Below are positions 23,802-35,100 of a stretch of DNA of 64,000 bases, in pieces (position 1 is the stretch's first letter; each line of letters begins with the position of its first letter). The DNA is from Hemiscyllium ocellatum. Lineage: Eukaryota. The notes beneath the pieces were generated by a model that saw nothing but the letters and a program-made list of their open reading frames with translations, did no database searches and was not told where the DNA came from. The position numbers were made by a program, and so were the translations under genes. The stretch is taken from NCBI RefSeq assembly GCF_020745735.1, contig NC_083409.1, positions 14,068,760 to 14,132,759 of the forward strand. Reading direction: 5' to 3'.

Positions 23802-24321
23802 AGTATCGGAGACAGTCCACAGAGGAGACACAACTTTAAATAGAACAGGGCTGAGCTGGCAGGACAAAGGTCATTGTCAGCACTGAATTTCAACTCTCTT
23901 CCTTCTCAGGACCGGCTCAGAGACATTTCTGAGGTTCAGGGGTTATGGCATGTCATTGGGACAGAGTAGACAGAGCTTTACGCTGTGTCAAACCCCATGC
24001 TGTCCCTGTTCTGGGAGTGTTTGATGGGGACAGAGTTGACTTGAGATGCCAAGTAAAATCTCTTGAAGTTGCTAAAGAGCTGTACAAAGCAATGTGAACC
24101 TCAGAAGTCTCTGTTTCAGTAAACCAGATCTCCTTCCTGCTCAGTCGCCAGTTCCAATTTAAGGTTTTGTCACTGTTTGAAGGGACAGGGTTCTCGTGCT
24201 ATTGAGAAAACCTCCACAAGTGTTTTCCTCAAGCTCCATTGTGGCTGTGAATTTGAGCAGCTTCCTCTGTCTGGGCTGTTAATTGCTGACTGTTTTCTGT
24301 CAATGTCAATCTGGAAAAGGG

Positions 24322-24327
24322 AATAAA
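24322..24327 (+). terminator. Candidate polyadenylation signal AATAAA for C-kappa A (copy B 53160-53165)
   Basis: First AATAAA I found after the stop, ~520 nt downstream; use not demonstrated. Confidence 0.4.
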
Positions 24328-24545
24328 GATGAAGAAGATTCAGTCTCTGTGTCCTTTGGAGATTGACCACTCCATTCAGCTGATTGGCTACATTTCAGCA
24401 TGGCATTGTCACAATTGGCTATTCGCCTGTCAATCAATGACACATCCGTTGTAGAGGATACTGACAGCCAATCATCAATCACTTTCAAATGATCCCTTTG
24501 ATCTGGAATCATTGGAGGTTACAAGATTCCAAACAGATTTCCATT

Positions 24546-25770
24546 AATGACCACCTGGACCATCTCTGACACCTCCCTCCCCTTCCTGGACCACTCCATC
24601 TCCATTAATGATGACCCACTTGACACTGACATTTTTTACAAATCTACCGACACCGAGGGTTCCACCTCTTCCCAACCTACCTCCTGCAAAAATGCCATCC
24701 CGTATTCCCAATTCCTCCGCCTCCACCATATTTGCTCCCAGGAGGACCAGTTTCACCACAGAACCACACCACCACACCAGATGGCATCCTTCTTTAGTGA
24801 CCACAATTTCCCTTCCCACGTGGTCAAAGATGCGCTCCAACGCATCTCGTCCACATCCGACCCCTCGGCCCTCAAGCCCCACCCCTCCAACTGTAACAAG
24901 GACAGAATCACCCTGGTGCTCACCTTCCACCCTACCAACCTTTGCATAAACCACATCATTCGACGACATTTCCGCCACCTCCAAACGGACTCCACCACCA
25001 GGGATATATTTCCCTCCCCACCCATTCCTGCTTTCCTCAAAGACCGTTTCCTCCATGACTACCTGGTCAGGTCCACGTCCCCCAACAACCCACCCTCCCT
25101 TCCTGACACCCTCCCCTGCCACCGCAGGAATTGCAAAACCTCTGCCCACACCTCCTCCCTCACCTCCATCTAAGGCCCCAAAAGAGCCTTCCACACCCAT
25201 CAAATTTTTATCAGCACATCCATCAATATCATTTATTGTATCCGTTGCACCCGAGGCAGTCTCCTCCATATTGGGGAGACTGGACACCTCCTTGCAGAGC
25301 GCTTTAGGGAACATCTCTGGGACAAGCACACCAATCAACCCCACTGCCCTGTGGCCCAAGATTTCACCTCCCCCTCCCACTCTGCCGAGGACATGCAAGT
25401 CCTAGGCCTCCTCCACCGCCGCTCCCTCAACACCCAACATCTAGAGGAAGAACACCTCATCTTCCGCCTCTGAACACTTCAATCCCATGGCATCAATGTG
25501 GATTTCACCAGCTTCCTCATTTCCCCTTCCCCCACCTCACCCCAGCTCCAATGTTCCAGCCTCAGCACCATCCTCATGACCTGTCCTACCTGCTTATCTT
25601 CCTTTCCACCTATCCACTCCACCCTCCTCTCTGACCTATCACCTCCATCCCCACCCCATTCACCTATTGTACTCTATGCTACTTTCTCCCCAACCCCCTC
25701 ACATTTATCTCTCCACTCTGCAGGCACCCTACTTCTATTCCTGATGAAGGGATTTTGCCCAAAACGTTGA
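24546..25770 (+). mobile_element. Penelope-like element, 5'-truncated: RT C-terminus, linker, GIY-YIG endonuclease, 3' region (copy B 53390-54614)
   Basis: ORF 24547-25173 PFLD..DIFYKSTD..KNAIPYSQFLRL..LVLTFHP, then NIIYCIRC...HIGETGHLLAERFREHL (GIY-YIG) in a disrupted frame. Confidence 0.88.
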
Positions 25771-25904
25771 AGTGCGGATGGTTGCGCAATATTCAGTACC
25801 ATTCATAGACTCAGTATCTGAGGGGTTATGTTCAAAGGCAACAAGATCTGGACAATATGCAGGATGGAGTGGCAAGAGGCAAGTAAGTTTTGCACCAAAA
25901 CTGC

Positions 25905-26680
25905 CAGTCAATGACCATCTCCAGTAGGAGGCCTGTGACCAGTGGTGTGCCACAAGGATCGGTGTTGGGTTCACTGCTTTTTGTCGTTCATATCAATGAT
26001 CTGGATGTGAACATGGAACATAGTATGGTTAGTAAGTTTGCAGATGACACCAAAATTGGAGGTGTAGTGGACAGTGTTGCATCTTGTAAAGGCAAATCAG
26101 GGCAAGACGTATACATTCAATGGTAAAGGCCTGGGGAGTGTTGCTGAATAAAGAGACCTTGGAATGTATGTTCATCATTCCTTGAAAGTGGAATCACAGA
26201 TAGACAGGATTGTGAAGGCGGTGTTTGTTATGCTTGCATTTATTGGTCAAAGTATTGAGTTTAGGAGTTGAAACATCATATTTGAGGCTGTACATGAACA
26301 TGATTCGGCCTCTTTTAGAATACCGTGTGCAATTCTGGACTCCCTGCTTTCGTAAGGATTTTGTGAATCTTCAAAGGGTTATGCAAAGCTTTACAAGGAT
26401 ATTGCCAGGGTTGGGGGGTTTCTGCTATAGGAAGAGGGTGATTTGGTTGGGGCTATTTTCCCTGCAGCATCGGAGGCTGAGGGGCGACTGTAAAAAGATA
26501 TTTATAAGGCATCTGGATGAGTATATGAATAGGAAGGTTTTTAGAGGAAAATGGGCCAAATGCTAGTGAGTGGGACTAGATTTTATCTCAGATAACTGGT
26601 CAGTAAGGACAAGTTGAACCAAAGGGTCTGTTTCTGAGCTATACAACGCTATAACTCTCAGAATATTTAATCAATGGCCC
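25905..26680 (+). mobile_element. CR1 LINE RT 3' fragment (copy B ~54749-55524)
   Basis: [16 protein letters not shown]...INDLD...[10 protein letters not shown] core motifs. Confidence 0.88.
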
Positions 26681-27815
26681 TTGGCATTCAATGGTGTTAC
26701 CATCACTGAATCCTCCACTATGAACATCATGGGGATTAACATGGACCAGAACTCATCTGGACTGATTATTTAAATATTGTGGGCTACAAGGGCAGGTCAG
26801 AGGCTTGGAATACTGTTGTGTATAACTCACCTCCTGATTCCCCATAGCAAATCCACCGAGTACAAAGCACAAGTCAGGAGTCTGATGGAATAGGCCTCAC
26901 TTGCCTGGATGAGTGCAGCTCCAGTAACACACTAAAAGCTCGACACCATCCAAGACAAAGGAGCCCACTTGATTGGCACCACATCCGCAAGCAGCCAGGC
27001 CCTCCACCACCCCCCACTCAGTAGCAGCAGTGTGTACAATCTACAAGATGCATCGTATAAATTCAAAGATCTTTAGCCAGATCCTCCCAAATCTATGACC
27101 ATTTAGCTTTAGAAGGACAAGAACAGCAGATACACAGGACTGACACTTGCAAAAGCCCCTCCGAGCCACGCACCATTCTGATTTAGAAAAATATCACTGA
27201 TTCTTCAGGATTGCTGTATTACATCCCTGGAATGCCTTCCATAAGGGCATTGTGGGTCTACATACAACACATGGACTGCATTGGTTACAAAAGATAGCTC
27301 ACCAGGTTCTCAAAAGCAACTCGGATCAGTCAATAAATTTTGGCCAGCCGAGGAGTCATTTAAAAAATGTTTATTGAGGAGTTTAGAATTAAAATGGAGT
27401 TCCTTGGTGCTCAATGAGCTTTGAGTAATTTTTTTTTGTTCATTCATGGAATGTGGGTGTTTACATAAATGTGGGCTGTCATTTATTGCCCCTTCCTAAT
27501 TGTCCTTGAGAACATGGTAGATGGAAGTGGGTACTGCAATTGCTGGAGATCAGAGTCAAGATTAGAGTGGTGCTGGCGTTGTACAGCAGGTCAGGCAGCA
27601 TCCGAGGATGAAAGGCTTTTGCCCGAAACGTTGATTTTTCCTGCTCTTTAGATGCTGCCTGACCTGCTGTGCTACACCAGTACCACTCTCATCTTGACAA
27701 GATGGTGCTAATCTAGACCCACAATCTCATTAGAGAAGGACTTGCAAGAAGCAGTGGCAGAATTCCAAGTCAGGATAGTGGCCACGGTTTACAAATTGAG
27801 TCACTCACTTGCACA

Positions 27816-28423
27816 GATAAAAAAATGAGGTCTGCAGATGCTGGAGATCACAGTTGAAAATGCGTTGCTGGTTAAAGCACAGCAGGTCAGACAGCATCCA
27901 AGGAATAGGAAATTCGACGTTTCGGGCATAAGCCCTTCATCAGGAATGAGGAGAGGGTGGCAGGCAGGTTAAGATAAAAGGTACGGAGGAGGGACTTGGG
28001 GGAGGGGACCTGGGGGGTGCAGTGAGAGAGAGAGACTCACTGAAATCCTTGTAGAGGGAGGAAGAGAGCTTCTTCAAGGAAGGCATCCTTGCAAGAGGAT
28101 TCGCAGAAGGTTAAAATCTTCGGGTAAAAAATGAGGTCTGCAGATGCTGGAGATCACAGTTGAAAATGCGTTATCTGCAGACCTCATTTTTTACCCGAAG
28201 ATTTTAACCTTCTGCGAATCCTCTTGCAAGGATGCCTTCCTTGAAGAAGCTCTCTTCCTCCCTCTACAAGGATTTCAGTGAGTCTCTCTCTCACTGCACC
28301 CCCCAGGTCCCCTCCCCCAAGTCCCTCCTCCCTACCTTTTATCTTAACCTGCCTGCCACCCTCTCCTCATTCCTGATGAAGGGCTTATGCCCGAAACGTC
28401 GAATTTCCTATTCCTTGGGTGCC
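27816..28423. mobile_element. Young non-autonomous Penelope-like insertion with an inverted duplication and 15-bp TSD (copy B 56660-57267)
   Basis: TCACTCACTTGCACA at 27801-27815 and 28424-28438; inverted arms 27898-28145 / 28173-28418; ~48-bp direct repeat 27818-27866 / 28125-28172. Confidence 0.88.
28369..28404 (+). ncRNA. Minimal type-I hammerhead ribozyme motif (mirror copy on - strand 27912-27947; copy B 57213-57248 and 56756-56791)
   Basis: ATTC-CTGATGA-A-GGGC-TTAT-GCCC-GAAAC-GTC^GAAT: core boxes, 4-bp stem II, 4-bp stem I, palindromic ACGT stem III; one extra A after the CUGAUGA box. Confidence 0.65.
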
Positions 28424-28616
28424 TCACTCACTTGCACAATCTACATATTTTAGCTCCAGGTAAAAACAAGGACTGCAGATGGTGGAAACCAGAGTCTAGG
28501 TTAGAGCGGTGCTGGAAAAGCACAGCAGGTCAGGTAGCATCCGAGGCTCCAACCAGCAGTGCATTTGCAACATTGTTCCTGACAAGTAGGACAAAAGGAT
28601 AACATGGAAATATTAC

Positions 28617-28754
28617 CTTCACTTCATTTAAATTCCTCGTTCGTTTGAAGAAAGCAGAGCGAATTCGGCTTGGCTTCATCCATGGGGCTTGGCTGGCACT
28701 GGGGTCTTCAGAAAGCATCTCAGTGAGAATTTCTCTCATCACGTTAAATATAAG
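28617..28754 (-). pseudogene. CEP350: CEP350 C-terminal exon fragment, copy A
   Basis: Acceptor TTCTTCCAG|, LIFNVMREILTEMLSEDP...WMKPSRIRSAFFKR...EVK|GTAATA; resembles human AVFDLTKEIF...AEDP...WMKPCRINSSYFRR as recalled. Confidence 0.85.
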
Positions 28755-30610
28755 CTGGAAGAATTAAAAGGATAAAAGAGAAAAAAATTATATTAGATAC
28801 GCCCTCCCTGCCAAAAAAAAAGCTCGTTAGATCGCTACATGGAAAACAAAAAGGAATACTGTTCAAAATATAGAAAAGAGCAACGGTTTGCTCCATGATC
28901 TGAATCAATGTTAAATTTAGAATATCATTGATTGCAGGAGAGAAGGCAAAAGAGAGATTCAAGAAGGGGTTTAATAGGATTAGGAGAAAGTGAGGACTGC
29001 AGATGCTGGAGATCAGAGCTGAAAATGTGTTGCTGGAAAAGCACAGCAGTTTAATAGGATTGCAGAACTACCAAGGGTAAGTGCAGATGTATTAGACAAG
29101 ATTTCCTGCTTAATACTGAGAAAGGCACCACAACATAAAATGAGGCACATCTTTGAAACAAAATGAATAACATCTGTGCGACATGCTGTAAATAGAAAGC
29201 AAACTATCATGGCTCCAACCATTACCTCCTAAAAGTTGACCAGAGGATTGTCGGGCAGCTAACTCCTCGATCAAAATAAGAAAAACAGGAATTTCTCAGT
29301 TAGTTTTGCTTCATTTGTTGGTAAATTAAGAGTTAAAAAATATGGAGATAAATACGAGCACTTCAAGAGACAGTAGCTAATCAGGAGCAATTAGCATGAA
29401 TTTCTAATCAGCAGGTTGTGAACTATCAAATAATTTGACAAGGATGTATTAATAAAAGAGCAGATTAGTATGAAAAAAAAGTGTACATGGTTTTCATGGA
29501 TTTTCAGAAATTATTTCAAGTTGCCTCTGAGACGACCAATGGCAAAATTCAAAAACACCTCAAACGAAGGGGAGCACAGTCAAATGGATAGAGGTAGTTG
29601 GGAAAATGCAAGGTTCGGGTAAAATAAAGATTTCACATGAGAAAGGTGGGGAGAATGGAAGGGGCCCACAGGAGCCCATGCTCAGATTGCCCTTAATTGT
29701 TATAGTAATAAACACAATCTTGACTTGGGAATTTAAGAGAAGGAAACTAAATGATTCCAACTTGGGTTGAAGGGACAGAGATGGAATTGTACTGCAGTGA
29801 CAGATACAGAAGAACATTTTCCGGAAGATGGAACTGAAGTTGAGAGTGAGATGAAGTAATACTTTAAGTGGATAAGAAATGGAATTACACCTGAAATGGT
29901 AAGATCCTAATCAGACCAGAGAAAAAGGCCACAAAGTATTCAAACATACAGGCCATTTAAAGTGACAGATACAGCCATTTAAAAAAAAACCTGACACTTC
30001 CAACTGCACACAAACAATTTAAGCCACATTAAGTTGCATAAGATCTTAGAATATTTTGGTCAATTTTGGGAACCTCCACACAGCACAAATTCAGACTGAA
30101 AAGTGCAAACTTTGAGGCTTTCTTGGTCTGAAAATTATGGAGTGACCTGTGGAAGATAAGATTCTGGAGAGTTTTAAGAAGATGATTAATAATCATATAG
30201 TGTATTACCAACCAATGGAAAGACAGATGATACAAAAGAATTCAAAAAAATGAGTGACTGGAAGAGACACTAGATATTATGTAAATAGAAACAGAATCTA
30301 TAGATTCTCGGAGTTGGCAAAGTTGTGACAGATGGGATTTAGTGAATAACAGGATGAGGAGGAGGTTGATGATGATAAATTAACAATGGGAGAGTACAAA
30401 CAGTGGAGGAGAAAGGGGCTTTGGATTTTTAGGGAAGGGGCAAAATGGTAAATTGAATTCAAAGCTGTCATCAGGATCGAGATCATATGCATAACAGAGC
30501 ATGTTAAAAACATCATCAATCAGAGGTGCTGTGGAGCACTATTAACCCATATCTTTCTTGCTTAATTGAGAAAAAATAATTTTGTGTTCAAACGCAAAAG
30601 CTACATTCAC

Positions 30611-30989
30611 CTCACAAAAATACTCTTTTGCTCACACTCTCTACATCTTGCCATTTATTATTCTCAAGATAGTCTGGGGTATTCGTAGATCTCCTGGATC
30701 GTGGCCAAGTTCCTTCAACTTCCTCAGCCACTGCATGAACCATCTTCTCAACCTCTAAAGCATCAGGAGCTACAGCAAAGTCAGGTTCCCTTTGGATTTT
30801 GAGAGGCCCATCCTTTGGAGACTGGGCCTCCTGCACTGGCTGCTGCACTTTGCTACAGCGCAGCCCAAAGTCCTCATCAAACCAATCTTGGTCATCTACC
30901 AGGTCATCGAGCGCCTCGTGGCTCAATTCCAACTCTGCCAGGCGTTTGGCCAATTCTTCCTGCCCCCTTGTGCCAAACACTGGGCTGCC
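30611..30989 (-). pseudogene. CEP350: CEP350 exon fragment, copy A
   Basis: GSPVFGTRGQEELAKRLAELELS...DDQDWFDEDFGL...SKRVF; TGA occurs 1 nt before the GTGAAT donor. Confidence 0.9.
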
Positions 30990-32106
30990 CTGTTGCAAAG
31001 TACAGGCTGTTGGTCAATCTAGAAACTGAAGGTCAGGAACAAAACTGTGAAAGCAAAGCATGAAAACAGGGAGACAAACAAACAAAAACCTTCTTGTTAT
31101 ATCTCAGAGTATGTCTGACGAGTTGGACACAGGCTGGAATTCATTTCCAATTTATTCTCAGCCATGCAATGAAAGTTAAGCTTTCCACATGGAGTGACAT
31201 TAAACAGTATATTTTATCAGACTGAGTACAATTCAGTTAATGGAGTCAGGAGAAATGATTTATATGCGTTTTCAATTTTTAAAAATAGTTGACTTGACCA
31301 AGGTGGTGGAAAAAATCATCTTTACAAAGTTGCGAAGTATCCCAAGTGGTCTTCTTGAGCTTTAAAAATACATTTGTTATGAAAAGAACACATCATACTG
31401 AGCAATATTTCATGAGGCTCACAAAGGCAGAGATCCCACTGCTGACTATCATGGAGTGTGGAGGATGGGGAGAATACAGCTTTTGAACAGTTTCGGGTCA
31501 GATACATTGTGATAAAATCAGTGAATATTCTTCAAACTATGCAATCACAAGAAATATGGCTAGTTACGAGTTACCATGGAGAAAGTATGTCCATTTTAGG
31601 AAATTGATACAGACTGTTCAAATCTTTCCTGGTTCAGAGTATAAGTATGGAGAATCTCTTCATCTACTAACTGTCGTGTACTTAGGGGAATGAACGATTT
31701 CAGACTGAATGTTCTGAGCTTCAGCTTTCCAAAGTCAGATCACTTTCAGTTGACTGCTGCACCCCTTTTGATTCCTGCACTTTATAGGGAAACACAAATA
31801 TTGACAAATCAGAAAAGCATGTGTCAGTTTAGTCAGGATGTTGCTGTGTCAAATCAAACTGACCCAGTGACTTCCTGCACTGAATGCTCAGAAAGGAATG
31901 GACAGTATGAGAAATTGTCAAGCACTTTCATCAAAACAGCTGCTCGTGCAATCAATGTTAATATGTGCAAACCATAAACCCTTCTGTTCTTCTAATCAGA
32001 TGGTCATTCAGGCTCGGGACTTTGCTTCAGAACACTACGCTGGAAAAATTATGTGAACTGATTTAGCAAGAGATTGGAAACCATGATTAAAAATTTTAGT
32101 TGAAAA

Positions 32107-32119
32107 NNNNNNNNNNNNN
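32107..32119. other. 13-N assembly gap at the duplication junction
   Basis: Direct read. Confidence 0.99.
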
Positions 32120-35100
32120 CTCAGAAATCGCTACACTAGGCCGAGTGACCATCGCGCTGGGCTGACAGTCTAGCATGCTGGCTGAGAGGCCACCCACATT
32201 GAACTGAGAGGCCATCATGTTGGACCAAGAGTCTGTCTTGTTGGGCTGGAAGATCTCCCTGCCAGGCCAGGACACTGCCACACCAAGCCAGGAGGCCACA
32301 TCATTAGGTCTGCACTTGGTCAGAGGCCTGGCGACTGAGGCTGGGAGTCGGTGCCCAGGAGAAGAAATAAGGGAGAAGAACAAAAGAAAAACACAAAAGA
32401 AAAGGAAAAGAGAAGTGGAATAGAAAGAAGAAAAGGAAACAGACGAAGCAGATGAACTCGGGCTGAAGCATCCTACTCTGCTGCCATCTTGGATTACCGG
32501 GTCTCAGGCTACAGTCTGATATTGGTCAGCTGGTAACTTGGGCAGAGCAATGGCAGATGTAATTTAATCCTGATACCTCTGAGGTGATCTAACTTGGGAG
32601 GTCTAATAAGGGAAGGATATACACAATGAAAGGCATGTGCCTTGAGTATCCTTATGCATGAATCACAGAGGGTTGGTTACAGGTACAACAAACAATTAGG
32701 AAGGCAAATGGAATTTTGTCCTTCATTGCTAAAGGGATTGAGTTTAAAAAGCGGGAAGGTTATGTTGCAGCTGTACAGGGTGTTGGTGAGGCCACACCTG
32801 GAGTACTGCGGGGGGGGGGGTAGGTAGGGGCGGAGAGGGAAGCCCCTGTAAACAACATCCATTGACATTACTGTGTCCAAGACTTTTGTATCCTCTTCAA
32901 AAATGTTCAATGAGATTTTTTCAGCGTGACCAACTTGTCATGAATCCATGCTCTCCCTGGTTAACTGACCATTTTCAAGGTCTTCAGTTACCCCAATCCT
33001 TGATTATAGACTACAACAATTTCCACACCACAAATATTGGCTTAATGACCTGTAATTTCCTGGTTTTTCTCTCACATCCTTGTTAAATGTGAGGTGATAT
33101 TTGCAATTTTCCAATCCAGAGGTATGACTGCTGTATCCAGGGAACTCTGAAAGATTATAGCTGAAAATGTGTTGCTGGTTAAGCACAGCAGGTCAGGCAG
33201 CATCCAAGGAGCAGGAGAATCGATGTTTCGGGCTTGAGCCCTTCTTCAGGAATCATTCTGAAAGATTATAGTCAGGGTGTCTACGCTGTGATCTGTTACT
33301 ACCTTTATCACCCTCAGATGGAAACCTAGGTTCTGAGAATTTGTCACTCTTTAGTTCGATTAATTTCCTCATTATGGATATTTTACTGACATGAAATTTT
33401 ATTCAATCCCTGTGCCTGATCCTCTGTTATTTCCTTTGGGAATTCAGGCAAATCCTTTTCCTTTTCTACTGCAAATCTTGAGGTAAAGTATTTATTTAAC
33501 ATGGCTGTCATCTCCCCATTGTCACTGACAAGATCCCTCACTTTCAGTTTTAAAATGGCCAACATTGCTCCTGACCTCCCAGCTTCCCTTTTATGGAACT
33601 GTAGCATTTCTCCTTATTGATTTTGATTTCCCTTATATGTTCCCTTTCAGCATCCCTTTTGGTGGCTCTTAGCTACATTGTGGCCCTTTGTATCTTTCCC
33701 ATTCAGCAGAACCTGTTATTTTATTTGCTTTATTGTAAACCCTTGTCTTTTCCTTATCTCTTTAATTGTCCTTTGTTGTTTGTTCTAAGAAGTGGACCTT
33801 TTCCCTCTCAGGTATAAACTGGCTTTGTTTTGAGTTGAATGTTCCTTTAAATATTCCCCACTGTTCTTCAGTTGTTTTATCCATGAGCAGATTTTCCCAG
33901 ATTACTGTGGACAGTCTCTGTCGCATCTCATTAAAGTCGGCCCTTACCTTAATCTCAAACTCTAGCAGCTGATTCATGCTTTTTACTTTCAAATGCGACA
34001 CTGAACTCGATCATGTTATGATCACTATTTGATAAATATTCATGCACAAATAGTTACGAACTAAATCTGGCTCATTATTCATTACTAATTCCAATATTGC
34101 TTGTCCCCTTGTTGTATCCAGGACCTATTGCTGTTGGAAACTATTCAGCAGCAATTCACTATCTTTCTGACAGAGGGCTTGTCTGTCTCCCAATCTAAGT
34201 TAAAGTTAAACTTCCCCATTAATAATACACTGGCTTTGCTACACACTTGTCTAATTTTTGTATATATTACAATCCAGCACCTCAGAGCTGCTGTTGGCGG
34301 AGTGTGTGTGTGTCTGGGGGGTGGGGGGTGGTGGGATGCACACAATATTTATGACAGTTTTAGATCCCTTTCTGGTCCTCAGTTGCACTGAATGCTTTCC
34401 CCTCATTATAACCTCCCTCACCATTGAAGTCTTTGTGTTTCTAATCAATATAGCTGCTCCACCTCTTCTGTCATTTCCCCATGTCCATCCTGTGAACCTT
34501 CTAACCGGATATATTTAGTTCCCAATCCTAACGATTCTGTAAATATGTCTCAGTAATTGATCCTATAGCAAAATCTTTAATTTGAATTTGTGCGTGCAGA
34601 TTATTGAATATATTCCTTACACTCAGTGCATTCGTATATTTCAAACTCTTATTTGGTCCATTCACTGGAATCTGTTCCTCAGCACTGATGCTGTATTCAC
34701 CTCTTTCTTACTTCTCTCTTCTGATAGCTTTCCTGATATTGCCCAAATATGACCTTTTGCCAATTTTCACTTAGGTTGTTGGTCCCAACACACACAACAA
34801 CTAGATCCTCCCCCATTTCCCCCACCCCCGCACTCCATTATACTTTCAAGCCGGTTCGAGATGCCCCTTATCTTGGCACCAGGCAGGCAACACACCATGC
34901 AGGACACTCAATCCTGTTCACAAAGGATGCTATCAGTGCCCCTCATTATCAAATCCCCCTCTTTCCTTTGTGGTCCCCCAGCCTGAATGGCCTCCTGGCC
35001 CACGGTGCAGTGGTTTTCTTTCATTCATTCATAGGATATGGGCATCTCTGGCCAAGCCAGCATTTCCTGCCCATAGGGCAGTTAACAGACAACCACATGA

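Larger units (their letters stand above)
3954..32106 (+). repeat. Copy A of a ~28-kb direct duplication (ends exactly at the N gap)
   Basis: CTCAGAAATCGCTACAC at 3954 recurs at 32120; ...TTAGTTGAAAA at 32106 recurs at 60949. The ORF track is duplicated with offsets of ~28.14-28.84 kb. Confidence 0.97.

Noticed and set aside
24161-24180. GGTTTTGT-CACTGT resembling a KDE-type RSS after C
   Set aside because: No spacer between the elements and both are non-consensus.
24544-25398. 284-aa Gly/Val-rich ORF on the - strand
   Set aside because: Antisense shadow of the C-rich Penelope ORF.
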